A stretch of DNA of 64,000 nucleotides from Deltaproteobacteria bacterium (lineage in GTDB: Bacteria > Myxococcota > Myxococcia > SLRQ01): contig JARGFU010000007.1 in NCBI GenBank assembly GCA_029210625.1, positions 27,742-91,741 on the forward strand, read 5' to 3'. Each line of letters starts with the position of its first letter. The first letter of the stretch is position 1. This document shows positions 16,875 through 27,727 of the stretch, piece after piece. The translations under genes were made by a program, and so were the position numbers. A model generated the notes under the pieces. That model did not search any database. It saw only the letters and a program-made list of their open reading frames with translations, and was not told the origin of the DNA.

Positions 16875-18034
16875 TCGAGCCCGGCCACGCGCAGCGGGCC
16901 GCGGGCCCGCCACCAGGCCGGGAAGAGGGGCGGCGCGCCCTCGCGCAGCTCCACCGGGCGGCCCTGCACCGGCGTGAGGATCAGCGAGCCGGTCTCCGCC
17001 GCCGCGATCAGCAGCCGGTCACCCGGCTCGTGCCAGTCGTGGAGGGCGAGCGGGAAGGAGGCCCAGTGGATGGGGAGCATCACCTCGCCCCTCAGCTGGC
17101 GGTGGGCCTGCAGGGCCTCCTCCGGGTTCAGGTGCATCTCCGCCCAGGCCTCGTCGTAGGCCCCGATGGGCAGGAGGGTGAGATCGAAGGGCCCCTCGCG
17201 CTCGCCGATCTCGGCGTAGCCCGGGAACATCCCCGAGTCGCCGCCGAAGTAGACCCGGTGCTCCGGCCCCCGCACCACCCAGGAGGCCCAGAGGGTGCTG
17301 TTGCGGTCGGTGAGCGAGCGGCCGGAGAAGTGATGCGCCGGGGTGCAGACGAGCGTCACGGCCCCGAGGTCGCTCTCCTGCCACCAGTCGAGCTCGACGA
17401 TCTTCGAGGAGGGGACGCCCCAGCGCTCGAGGTGGGCGCCGATGCCCAGGGGGACGACGAAGCGCTCGGTGCGCGTCTGCAGCGCCTCGATCGTGGGCTG
17501 ATCGAGGTGGTCGTAGTGGTCGTGGGAGATCACCACGGCCTGCAGCTGCGGCAGGTCGGTCAGCGGGATCGGCGGCGCCTGGAAGCGCTTCGGGCCGGCC
17601 CAGGCGACCGGCGAGACCCGCTCGCTCCAGACCGGGTCGAAGAGGATCTGGGCTCCATCGAGGGAGAGGAGGACCGAGGAGTGTCCCATCCAGGTGACCC
17701 GCAGCCCGGACGCGGGGGGCGCGGCGAGCTCGGACGCGCTGGGCCGGGCGCGAGGGAGGGGCTTCGCCGGGGAGCGGAGGTTGTCGTCGAAGATCCGCCC
17801 CAGGGCCTTCCAGGGCTGGTGGGGGCGAGGCTCGGAGAGGGCGACGTTCAGGAAGGTGCCCTCTCCGAAGTTCGGGGAGGCCTCCATCCTCGCCAGCCGG
17901 GGGCCGGTCGCCCGGGCGCCGAAGGCCGCGCCGCAGCCGGTGGAGGCGAAGGCGAAGGCCACGAGGGCCAGGGTGCCGAGGCCCAGGCCCGGCAGGAGCC
18001 AGCGGCGGAGGGTTCGGCGGAGGGGAGGGGCCAT
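16871..18034 (-). CDS. MBL-fold metallo-hydrolase (NAPE-PLD-like Zn-dependent hydrolase)
   Basis: The product carries the HDHYDH metal-binding motif (VVISHDHYDHLD). Its N-terminal signal or TM segment begins MAPPLRRTLRRWLLPGLGLGTLALVAFAFA. An alternative start at 18106 is possible. Confidence 0.7.
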   Translation of the reverse strand: MAPPLRRTLRRWLLPGLGLGTLALVAFAFASTGCGAAFGARATGPRLARMEASPNFGEGTFLNVALSEPRPHQPWKALGRIFDDNLRSPAKPLPRARPSASELAAPPASGLRVTWMGHSSVLLSLDGAQILFDPVWSERVSPVAWAGPKRFQAPPIPLTDLPQLQAVVISHDHYDHLDQPTIEALQTRTERFVVPLGIGAHLERWGVPSSKIVELDWWQESDLGAVTLVCTPAHHFSGRSLTDRNSTLWASWVVRGPEHRVYFGGDSGMFPGYAEIGEREGPFDLTLLPIGAYDEAWAEMHLNPEEALQAHRQLRGEVMLPIHWASFPLALHDWHEPGDRLLIAAAETGSLILTPVQGRPVELREGAPPLFPAWWRARGPLRVAGLD

Positions 18035-18427
18035 GGCTTCACGATAGCCCTCCGTCCGGGAGGGACCAGCGTCCGGGTGCGGGGTCGTCATCGGTTTGCG
18101 CTCCAAAAGAGAAGGGGGGCGACAGCAGAGCCTCCGGGGAGGTCTCCACCGCCGCCCCCCGCGGGGAGGAACAGGGTCTAGTTGGCGTCGATCCGCGCCA
18201 CGGTGCCGTCGTTCAGCTGGGCGGCGAGGAACACGTTGCCCATGCTGTCGTTATCGAGGCGGGGACGCCGGCCTCGGAGGCGGCGCGACGGATCCGGGAG
18301 GCCCCCGCGGCGAGCGAGCCGGTGGTGGTGACGGCCAAGCCCGGTCGATCGGGCGCCGCTCCTCCAGGGGGCCTACGAGGCGATCCTGGAGTTCCGGCCC
18401 CGCCGCCTCGAGCAGATCCTGCTCCGG

Positions 18428-18946
18428 GTGGAGGGGAGCCTCCCCGCGGCCCGCCTCTTCGAGGAGGTCCTGGTGCCGCTGATGGTGCGGGTGGGGGAGG
18501 GCTGGCACCGGGGCGAGCTCGGCGTCGCCCAGGAGCACCTGGCCTCGGTGGTGGTCGATCGGCTCATCACCCGGCTGCTCGGCAGCGTGCAGCCCCTCGA
18601 GCCCACCGGCAAGGCGCTGCTCGCCTGTGTGGAGGGGGAGCGTCACGTGCTGCCGCTCCAGGGCGCGGCCCTGCGCCTCACCCAGCAGGGCTACCGGACC
18701 CTCCTCCTGGGCGCCGACACCCCGGCCGAGGCCCTGGGGGAGGCGGTGCGGCGGCTGCAGCCCGAGCTCGTCGGGCTCTCGATGACCCCGGACGTGCAGC
18801 GAGCGGATCCGGCCGCCTTCCTGGCCGCCTCCGCCCGCGCCTGCGCAGGCGTGCGCTGGGCGGTGGGCGGCGCGGCGACCCGCTCGCTGGCTCCGCTGAT
18901 CCGCGAGCTCGGCGGCGAGCTCGACCCCGGAAGCGGCGGCGGCTGA
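18428..18946 (+). CDS. Stand-alone cobalamin (B12)-binding domain protein (CarH C-terminal-domain-like), lacking an HTH
   Basis: The product has a B12-binding-2 helical bundle plus a Rossmann-like B12-binding segment (EHLASVVVDRLI...LSMTPD). The frame is open upstream only to an in-frame TGA near 18334, so no MerR-type DNA-binding domain can be encoded. The start codon is uncertain (GTG). Confidence 0.55.
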   Translation: MEGSLPAARLFEEVLVPLMVRVGEGWHRGELGVAQEHLASVVVDRLITRLLGSVQPLEPTGKALLACVEGERHVLPLQGAALRLTQQGYRTLLLGADTPAEALGEAVRRLQPELVGLSMTPDVQRADPAAFLAASARACAGVRWAVGGAATRSLAPLIRELGGELDPGSGGG

Positions 18947-18953
18947 CCCGGAT

Positions 18954-19115
18954 CTAAACCAGAAATCACGATTCCCGATCACGCCTGGCTTGCAGGCCGC
19001 ACCCGCCTGCGGCGTCAGGCCTCGGTCACCTAGCTAAGGCTAGGCTCCCTCACCCTTCCTTGCATCCGGGCACGTCCGCGGCGCCATCCGCTGTTCGGGA
19101 ATCATGATCTCTGGT

Positions 19116-19118
<3 letters not shown>
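18954..19118. repeat. Imperfect 24-bp inverted repeat pair (22/24 match) bracketing 117 bp between two convergent genes
   Basis: The left arm is ctaaaccagaaatcacgattcccg (18954-18977). The right arm is cgggaatcatgatctctggtttag (19095-19118), which overlaps the ettA stop codon. Both arms are AT-richer than the surroundings. Confidence 0.4.
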
Positions 19119-20786
<1,668 letters not shown>

Positions 20787-20919
20787 GGGCCGGCATCCTA
20801 CACCGGAGACCCCGGCTTGCCCGATGGGATCGTGGGGGCGACAATGTGAGCGGGGGGGGTCGACCCAACAAGAGCCGGTGCCCGGGGGGTGCCGGCATCA
20901 GCCCGAAAGACGCCCCACG

Positions 20920-22272
20920 ATGATCGAACGCGGAATCTTCGATCGCCGCACCCAGACCCTCTTCGCTCTGGGGCAGGTGGTGGCCTCCCTGGGCTTCGGG
21001 TTCGGGGTGCTGGGGCTGGTCCTCCACGATCTGGACTTCGGCGCCATCAACCTCCTGCCGCCCCTGGTCGGCGCGCTCGGCGGGGGGATCGCCCTCTGGT
21101 TGCTGGGCGCGGGCCGGGAGCGGGCGGGGGCCTGGGTGTTGCTCTCGAGCGCGCTGGTGGCGGTCACCGGCTCGATGATGTCCATGGGGGGCTTCTCGGG
21201 TCAGAGCCCGACGATCTTCGTCTGGCCGGTGCTCATGGCCGGGCTGCTCCTGGGCCAGCGTCACGCCTTCCTCGCGGCCGCCCTGGCCAGCGTCGTCCAG
21301 GTGACCCTCGGCCTCCTCGAGCTCGGGGGCCTCTTCTCTCCCTCCCTCCCGCCGACGGACCCCAACCTGCGCATCCTCGCGGTGGGGGTGCCGGTGGTGG
21401 TCTTCTGGCTGGTGGCCCTGCTCTCCTGGCTCTCGGCCAAGCACCTGGGCGCCGCCCTGGAGGTCCACGCCCAGGTCCTCGACCACGCCGAGCAGGAGCT
21501 GGGGCCAGTCGCCGACAGCCTGGCCTCCAGCATGGAGCAGCTCCTGGAGTCCACCACCGAGGTGAGGGTGCGGACCCGCGAGCTCTCCCGGGGGGCCGAG
21601 ACCCAGGCGGCCTTCCTCATGCGGGGCCGGGGCTCGGCCGAGATCGTCGCCACCTCGACCCGCGAGCTGGCGCAGCGCGCCCGGGACGCCCAGGGAGCCA
21701 CCTCCGAAGCGAGCCGGCTCCTCGAGGAGGCGGTGCGGGTCTTCCAGGCTCTCAACCGGCGCCTCGAGGGCATCGACGAGATCGTCGAGACGATGCAGGG
21801 GCTGGCCGAGAGGACCGACATCCTGGCCCTCAACGCCACCCTCGAGTCCGCCCGCGCCGGCGAGTACGGTCGCTCCTTCGGCCTGGTGGCGGATCGGGTC
21901 CGCGAGAGCGCCGAGCTCACCGGCCAGGCGGCGCGCCGGATCGGAGATCTGAACCGCACGATCGAGGCGGACTTCGAGCTCATCGGTGCCTCGGTGGAAC
22001 GGGTCCGCCAGGCGATCCACACCGGCGAGCGGCTCGCCACCGACACCGTCTCCGCGATGTTCGAGCAGGAGACCTCCTCGCAGGCCATCGTCGAGGCCCT
22101 CACGGAGCTGGCCATCAGCGCCGGCGCCTCCGCCCGCTCGGCAGAGCAGATCGCGGTCACGGTGGATGAGCAGGGTCAATCCGTGGCGTTCGCCACCGAG
22201 AGCGCCGGGCGGGTCGCCGCCCTGGTCGAGGCGATCCAGCGCCGGGAGAAGGTCGAGGACGAAGAGCCCTAG
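20920..22272 (+). CDS. Methyl-accepting chemotaxis protein
   Basis: An N-terminal region with about 6 TM helices is followed by an MCP signalling domain (DILALNATLESARAGEYGRSFGLVADRV). The start was re-derived at the ATG MIERGIF. Confidence 0.75.
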   Translation: MIERGIFDRRTQTLFALGQVVASLGFGFGVLGLVLHDLDFGAINLLPPLVGALGGGIALWLLGAGRERAGAWVLLSSALVAVTGSMMSMGGFSGQSPTIFVWPVLMAGLLLGQRHAFLAAALASVVQVTLGLLELGGLFSPSLPPTDPNLRILAVGVPVVVFWLVALLSWLSAKHLGAALEVHAQVLDHAEQELGPVADSLASSMEQLLESTTEVRVRTRELSRGAETQAAFLMRGRGSAEIVATSTRELAQRARDAQGATSEASRLLEEAVRVFQALNRRLEGIDEIVETMQGLAERTDILALNATLESARAGEYGRSFGLVADRVRESAELTGQAARRIGDLNRTIEADFELIGASVERVRQAIHTGERLATDTVSAMFEQETSSQAIVEALTELAISAGASARSAEQIAVTVDEQGQSVAFATESAGRVAALVEAIQRREKVEDEEP

Positions 22273-23207
22273 CCGAAGTGCACCGCGGAGAGGCGGATGC
22301 CGAGGATCTCGTCCCGGTAGGGCAGGCTGGCCGCGTCCTCCCCGGCGGCGCCGGCGATGACGTGGAGGGGCAGCAGGTGCTCCTCCCGGGGATGGCAGTG
22401 CCGGGCGTGGGGCGCGCGCTCCCACTCGACCAGGGCGGTGTCCCGTCCGTCGGCGTCGCGGCGCACCGCGGCCTCGAGCCAGTCGTCGAAGGCGGCGGCC
22501 GGCCCGGCGGGCGCCGGCCCCCCCTGGAGGGCGACGAGGAGGCCCTGCAGGTTGTGGTAGCTCATGCCGCTGCCCACCAGCAGGATGCCCCGCTCGCGGA
22601 GCGGCTCGAGGGCTCGCCCGAGGGCGAGGTGCTGACGGGGGTCGAGGCCCCGCACCAGGGAGAGCTGGAGGGTGGGCACCTCGGCCCCGGGGTAGGCCAG
22701 CTTGAGCGGCACGTAGGTGCCGTGATCGAAGCCGCGCTTCGGGTCGGCGCCGGCGGCGATGCCCGCCGCCGCGAGGAGCTCGCTGACCTCGGTGACGACC
22801 TCCGGCGCGCCGGGCGCGGGCCACTGCACCTCGTAGGCCTCCGGCGGGAAGTCGAAGTAGTCGTAGAGCATCGGCGGCCGGGGCGAGCTCTGCAGGGTCG
22901 CCACGCTCTCCTCCCAGTGGGCCGAGATCACGAGGATGGCGCGCGGGGGCGTCCGGGGGAGGGCCCCGAGACCCTTCAGGTAGGCCGCCATCCGGTCCCA
23001 GGTGCCGGGAGGTCCCAGGGGATCGTTCACGAAGGGCCAGGGGCCGCCGCCGTGGGGCAGGAAGAGGGCGGGCATCCGGGCGGTCGTCATCGGCTTCTCC
23101 TCACGTGGACGGACCCGGCTCTGGCAGGCCGGGAGGGCCGCGGCCGCGGCGAGGGCGCCGAGCCTTCGCAGCGCCTGCCGGCGGCCGATGAGGTGGGGGT
23201 CGCGCAT
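22269..23207 (-). CDS. Extradiol ring-cleavage dioxygenase, class III (LigB/DODA family), with Tat-like signal
   Basis: The product has a twin-arginine-like N-terminus (RRQALRRLGALAAAAALPA) and LigB-type features (LFLPHGGGPW, ILVISAHWEE, HNLQ). Confidence 0.65.
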   Translation of the reverse strand: MRDPHLIGRRQALRRLGALAAAAALPACQSRVRPREEKPMTTARMPALFLPHGGGPWPFVNDPLGPPGTWDRMAAYLKGLGALPRTPPRAILVISAHWEESVATLQSSPRPPMLYDYFDFPPEAYEVQWPAPGAPEVVTEVSELLAAAGIAAGADPKRGFDHGTYVPLKLAYPGAEVPTLQLSLVRGLDPRQHLALGRALEPLRERGILLVGSGMSYHNLQGLLVALQGGPAPAGPAAAFDDWLEAAVRRDADGRDTALVEWERAPHARHCHPREEHLLPLHVIAGAAGEDAASLPYRDEILGIRLSAVHFG

Positions 23208-23214
23208 GGGCTCA

Positions 23215-23240
23215 CCCCGGAAGTCAAAACCCCTCCGGGG
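23215..23240 (-). terminator. GC-rich hairpin with a U-rich loop, downstream of the methyltransferase gene
   Basis: The sequence ccccggaagtcaaaacccctccgggg forms a 7-bp stem, CCCCGGA / TCCGGGG. Confidence 0.3.
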
Positions 23241-23267
23241 AAGGCGCCACCTGGGGGCCGCGCGCCT

Positions 23268-23984
23268 TCAGGCGGTCCGGCGGGCCACCGCGAAGAGCGA
23301 GGTCCCCATCGGCAGGGGAGCGCCCCAGCGCAGGAGCGTCATCTCCAGGGCCATCAGCCGGTAGAAGAGGCGGTCGAGGCGGGGGTCGAGCTCGAAGTAG
23401 CTCAGCGAGGAGCGGTCGCGGCCCCGGTCGAGCCAGCGGTGGGCCGCCAGCGGAAGGAAGAGGGTGCAGGTCCAGTAGCCGAGCCGCTCCAGCTCGAGCC
23501 CGGAGAGGAGGCGCTGGAGGGTCGCCCGGGAGTAGCGCCGGTGGTGGCCCAGCGCCCGGTCATGGGCGCCGTAGAGGAAGGCGTGGGCCGGCACGGTCAG
23601 GAGGAGCGCGCCGCCCGGCCGCAGCACCCGGCGGATCTCGGCCAGGGCGACGTGGTCGTCCTCGACGTGCTCGAGCAGATCGAAGGCGGTGACCACGTCG
23701 AAGGTGGCGTCGGCGAAGGGCAGGGCGCAGACGTCGCCGACCTGCTTGGCCTCGACCAGGGCCTCGGGTACCAGCGCGACGGCCTCCGGAGAGGCGTCGA
23801 GGATCTGGACCCGCCCGTGACGGCGGATGACCTCGAGGTCCTCGCCCACCCCGGCGCCCACGTTCAGGATCGAGAGGTCCCGGGCGGGGGTGTGGCGGCG
23901 GAAGAGCGAGGCGATGAGATCGCGCTTGGCCCGGAACCAGAAGTAGTCGGCGGGCACGCCTCGCTGGTGGTCGCGGTAGTCCAT
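23268..23984 (-). CDS. Class I SAM-dependent methyltransferase
   Basis: The product has a SAM-binding motif I (ILNVGAGVGEDL) and motif post-I (ILDASPEAV), plus an acidic DLLEHV. Confidence 0.7.
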   Translation of the reverse strand: MDYRDHQRGVPADYFWFRAKRDLIASLFRRHTPARDLSILNVGAGVGEDLEVIRRHGRVQILDASPEAVALVPEALVEAKQVGDVCALPFADATFDVVTAFDLLEHVEDDHVALAEIRRVLRPGGALLLTVPAHAFLYGAHDRALGHHRRYSRATLQRLLSGLELERLGYWTCTLFLPLAAHRWLDRGRDRSSLSYFELDPRLDRLFYRLMALEMTLLRWGAPLPMGTSLFAVARRTA

Positions 23985-24003
23985 CGGCTCCCCCTGCCGG
24001 CCC

Positions 24004-25431
24004 TCAGGGCTGGTGCAGCTCGGTGAGGCGCTCGACCAGCGCCTCGTCGGGAGGCGGCGTGAGCAGCGAGGCGACGACCATGACGAGCGCGCTGGCGCCG
24101 AGGCCGAGGAGGGCGCCGGAGAAGGTGGGCAGGGCCTTGGAGAGCTCGACCCCTGCGTAGACGCCGGCGCCCGAGATCATGGAGAGGAGGCCGCCGAGGG
24201 TCGTGGCCCGGCGCCACCAGAGCCCCGCGACCAGGGGGACGAAGAGCCCGGCGGCGAGCAGGCCGATGGCCAGCGAGTAGAAGATGGTGATCAGCTTCGG
24301 CGGCGAGTAGGCGAGGAACATCGCGACGAGGCCGATGATCCAGGGCACCGCCAGGGTGACGGCCTTGCGCGTGCCCTCGCTCGCCCGGGCCAGGCGCTCG
24401 CCGAGGAGGTCGTGGGTGACCGCGGCGCTGCAGGCCAGCAGCAGGGCGTCGGTGGTGGACATCACGGCGGCCAGCACCGCGGCGACCGCCAGGCCCCGCA
24501 GGAGGGCCGGGAAGTGCCCCTCCATCACCGAGAGGAAGACCCGGTCCGCGTCCGCCAGCTCGGGGAAGAGGCTCTTGCCCACCGGCACGATGACCAGCAC
24601 CGCGGCGAGGATCATCACGCTGTAGAAGATCATCGCCAGGTTGAGGGAGAGCCTGGCGCCGGCGGCGTCCTTCGCGGAGAGCACCCGCATGACGATGTGG
24701 GGCGTCACCGGGATCGCGGCTGCCCAGAGGACGAAGATGCCCACCAGGCTCGCCAGGGGCTTGTCGAGCATCGTGCCCAGGGCGGGGGCCGCGGTGGTGG
24801 CCTCCGTGAGGAGGGTCAGGGGGGAGCCCCGCGAGACGAGGAGCGCGCCGGCGGTGATCAGGATGACCCCGAGCATCAGCACGCCCTGCACGATGTCGGT
24901 CCAGGTCACCGCCAGCATGCCGCCCACCGAGACGTAGGCGACGAAGACGACGGTGGCGATGGTGACGGCGGTCTTGTACTCCAGGCCCAGGAGCACCTCG
25001 GCGGTGATCCCGGCCGCCTTCATCTGCGCCACGATGTAGACGCTGAAGGAGAGCAGGATCAGCAGCGGCACGAAGGTGCGCACCGCCGGGTGGGGGTAGC
25101 GGAAGACGAAGAAGTCACTCAGGGTGAACTTCCCCAGGCGCCGCAGGGGGGCGGCGACCAGGATGGCCGCCAGAGGGAAACCCAGCACCGCGCCGGCGAA
25201 GAGGGAGAGCGCGTAGGGGATGCCGCCCTTGTAGGCCAGGCCCATCACCCCGATGATCGAGCCGCCGCTGGCCAGCGCCGCCATGATGGCCAGCGCGTTG
25301 GCCCAGACTCCGATCTTCCGCCCGGCCACCCAGAGGTCGTCGGCCGAGGAGAGGCTGCGGCGGGCCGCCCAGAGGCCGATGGCGATGCAGCCCAGGAGGT
25401 AGAGGACGACGAGGAGGGCCTCCAGGGTCAT
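24004..25431 (-). CDS. Sodium:solute symporter family transporter, large subunit
   Basis: The ~475-aa product has about 13 TM helices and an SSS signature. The start MTLEALLVVLYLLG overlaps the upstream gene's stop by 4 bp. Confidence 0.8.
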   Translation of the reverse strand: MTLEALLVVLYLLGCIAIGLWAARRSLSSADDLWVAGRKIGVWANALAIMAALASGGSIIGVMGLAYKGGIPYALSLFAGAVLGFPLAAILVAAPLRRLGKFTLSDFFVFRYPHPAVRTFVPLLILLSFSVYIVAQMKAAGITAEVLLGLEYKTAVTIATVVFVAYVSVGGMLAVTWTDIVQGVLMLGVILITAGALLVSRGSPLTLLTEATTAAPALGTMLDKPLASLVGIFVLWAAAIPVTPHIVMRVLSAKDAAGARLSLNLAMIFYSVMILAAVLVIVPVGKSLFPELADADRVFLSVMEGHFPALLRGLAVAAVLAAVMSTTDALLLACSAAVTHDLLGERLARASEGTRKAVTLAVPWIIGLVAMFLAYSPPKLITIFYSLAIGLLAAGLFVPLVAGLWWRRATTLGGLLSMISGAGVYAGVELSKALPTFSGALLGLGASALVMVVASLLTPPPDEALVERLTELHQP

Positions 25432-25675
25432 GCCTCGTCCTCCCCGTCGGGGCGCGGGCGCCGCTCGCGCAGGGAGCGGACGACCGCGACGAGGGGAACC
25501 AGCACCATCAGGCCGGCCATCCACCAGCCGAAGAGGGCCACCCCGGCGAAGCGCTCCTCCCGGAGGGCGGGGACGAGGAAGCCCACCGCGGAGAGGAGGA
25601 GGAAGGTCGCGAGGAAGATCGCGTCCCCGCGCTGCATCGCGATCCGGGGCCGGGGCCCGCTCTGCTGCTCCGCCA
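25428..25675 (-). CDS. Putative solute:sodium symporter small subunit (DUF4212/DUF485-type 2-TM protein)
   Basis: The 82-aa product MAEQQSGPRPRIAMQRGDAIFLATFLLLSAVGFLVPALREERFAGVALFGWWMAGLMVLVPLVAVV... has two TM helices. It is translationally coupled (ATGA overlap) to the SSS transporter. Confidence 0.55.
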
Positions 25676-25825
25676 TGCGCCTACCTATACCGGTAGGGCG
25701 GAGATGGTTCCAGGTCCGCGAGATCATTTGCCTTTTCGACCACGCTCGCATTCCGGCTTGCGCCTGAACCTGTTCGGCCCAGGCTATGCTCGTGACCCCG
25801 GGGGGCCGCGCCAGCAGGAGCCAAG

Positions 25826-25939
25826 GATGTCCGATCCGACCAAGACCAGCGCCCTGCTCACCAGGCCCCCCGATCCGGTGCAGCTCCGCGAGCTCGTCGA
25901 GGAGTTCCTCTCCCGCTCCACGGCGCTCCCGGCCTGAGG
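25826..25939 (+). pseudogene. 37-aa ORF resembling the C-terminal ~30 aa of the adjacent response regulator; a duplication remnant or small protein
   Basis: The product MSDPTKTSALLTRPPDPVQLRELVEEFLSRSTALPA aligns with the regulator's C-terminus ...EKQKNALLTKPLDPDEIRELVKRFLGE. An AGGAG motif lies about 10 nt upstream of its ATG. Confidence 0.3.
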
Positions 25940-25952
25940 CCCCCGGGTCGGG

Positions 25953-26402
25953 GTGGCGCTCCTGCCCCGAGACGTGGCAGAACGAGGCGAAACACCTGCC
26001 GGGAACTCCAAGAGGGGCGAGCACGTGGCCGAGCAGAAGAAGATCCTGATCGTGGACGACATGCGGACGATCCGCGCGCTGCTCGGGGCCTACCTCGAGG
26101 GCGCGGACTACCGCTACCTCGAGGCCGAGTCGGGCGTCGATGCGATCCAGAACCTCGTGGTCTACCAGCCGGACCTGGTCATCTCGGACATCAACATGCC
26201 AGGGATGAGCGGCATCGAGTTCTGCAATCAGGCCCGGGACATCCCCGGCTTCGAGGAGCTGCCGGTCATCCTGATCACCAGCGATCCCGAGGCGGCCCGG
26301 GGCATCGGCGACCTGGACGAGAAGCAGAAGAACGCGCTGCTCACCAAGCCCCTGGATCCCGACGAGATCCGGGAGCTGGTGAAGCGCTTCCTGGGCGAGT
26401 AG
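25953..26402 (+). CDS. Single-domain response regulator (CheY-like receiver)
   Basis: The product is a receiver domain with acidic pocket residues (ILIVDDMRT) and a phospho-acceptor Asp (LVISDINMPGMSG). The true start may be the GTG at 26025 (VAEQKKILIVDD). Confidence 0.75.
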   Translation: MALLPRDVAERGETPAGNSKRGEHVAEQKKILIVDDMRTIRALLGAYLEGADYRYLEAESGVDAIQNLVVYQPDLVISDINMPGMSGIEFCNQARDIPGFEELPVILITSDPEAARGIGDLDEKQKNALLTKPLDPDEIRELVKRFLGE

Positions 26403-26403
26403 C

Positions 26404-27720
26404 TCAGGCGGTCAGCTCGGTCAGGCACTCGTCGAGGATGGCGAGGCCGGTCTCGACGTCGTAGTCGTCGATCACCAGCGGCGGGGCGAGCCGGATGGTG
26501 CTGTTGCCGCAGGAGAGGAGCAGCAGGCCCTTCCTGAAGGCCAGCTGCATCAGGTCCTCGGTGAGCTGGGAGTGGGGCTCCTTGCTCTCGCGATCCTTCA
26601 CGAACTCGACGCCGATGAAGAGGCCGACGCCCCGCACGTCGCCGATGACGGCGTGCTTCTCCATCAGCTTCTCCATGCCGGCCTTCAGCTTCTCTCCCAT
26701 CACCCGGGCGTTCTCGAGCAGGCCGCCCTCGATCAGGTCGAGGGTGGCCAGGGCCGCGGCGCAGCCCACCGGGCTGCCACCGAAGGTGGAGCCGTGAGAG
26801 CCGGGCGCCCACTTCATGATCGACCCCCGGGCCACGATGGCGCCGATGGAGATGCCCGAGCCCAGCCCCTTGGCCGAGAGGAGCACGTCCGGGGCGACGC
26901 CGTAGTAGTCCGCGGCCCACATGTGGCCGGTGCGGCCGGCGCCGGTCTGGATCTCGTCGAAGACCAGGAGGATGCCGGTCTCGTCGCAGAGCGCCCGCAG
27001 GTCCTCGAGGAAGGACTTCGGCGGGATGACGTAGCCGCCCTCGCCCAGCATCGGCTCGAGGAAGATCGCCGCGATGTCGTCGGGTGAGACGACGCTCTCG
27101 AAGATGACCTCGCGGATGTAGTCGACGCCGGTCTTCTTGGTCGGCAGGTCCCGGTAGGGGTCGGGGTAGGGCACGTGGTAGACGCCCGGGAGGAAGGGGC
27201 CGAAGCCGGCGCGCTGCTTGGCCTTGCTGGCGGTGAGGCTGATGGCGCCCATGCTGCGGCCGTGGAAGGCGCCCCGGAAGGCGATGAGGCCGCCCCGGCG
27301 CCGCGAGTTGCGCACCAGCTTGATCGCCCCCTCGACGGCCTCGGTCCCCGAGTTGGTGAGGAAGACCCGCTTCTTCTCCGGGCCCGGCGCCGACTTCGCG
27401 AGCCGCTCACAGAGATCGGACATCTCCGGGTAGTAGAAGTCCGTGGAGCACATCGAGAAGAAGCGACCCGCGACCTCTCGCACCGCCTCGACCACCTTCG
27501 GGTGGGCGTAGCCGGTCGAGGCCACCGCGATGCCCGCCATGAAGTCGAGGAAGCGATTCCCATCGACGTCCTCGAGCATGGCGCCCTGGCCGTGAGAGAC
27601 GACGAGGGGATAGCACTTGATGTAGCTGGTGGAGGCGAACTCGGCGTCCTTGGCGACGATGGGTTTGCCCTTGGGGCCCGGCAGCTCGGTGATGATCTTG
27701 GGGTAGTCGCGGGTCGTCAT
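26404..27720 (-). CDS. Class-III pyridoxal-phosphate aminotransferase (GABA/ornithine-type)
   Basis: The 438-aa product has a PLP-lysine context consistent with class III. Its start MTTRDYPKIITELPGPKG was re-derived at 27720. It is co-directional with the P5C dehydrogenase gene at a 7-bp spacing. Confidence 0.8.
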   Translation of the reverse strand: MTTRDYPKIITELPGPKGKPIVAKDAEFASTSYIKCYPLVVSHGQGAMLEDVDGNRFLDFMAGIAVASTGYAHPKVVEAVREVAGRFFSMCSTDFYYPEMSDLCERLAKSAPGPEKKRVFLTNSGTEAVEGAIKLVRNSRRRGGLIAFRGAFHGRSMGAISLTASKAKQRAGFGPFLPGVYHVPYPDPYRDLPTKKTGVDYIREVIFESVVSPDDIAAIFLEPMLGEGGYVIPPKSFLEDLRALCDETGILLVFDEIQTGAGRTGHMWAADYYGVAPDVLLSAKGLGSGISIGAIVARGSIMKWAPGSHGSTFGGSPVGCAAALATLDLIEGGLLENARVMGEKLKAGMEKLMEKHAVIGDVRGVGLFIGVEFVKDRESKEPHSQLTEDLMQLAFRKGLLLLSCGNSTIRLAPPLVIDDYDVETGLAILDECLTELTA

Positions 27721-27727
27721 CTCTCGC

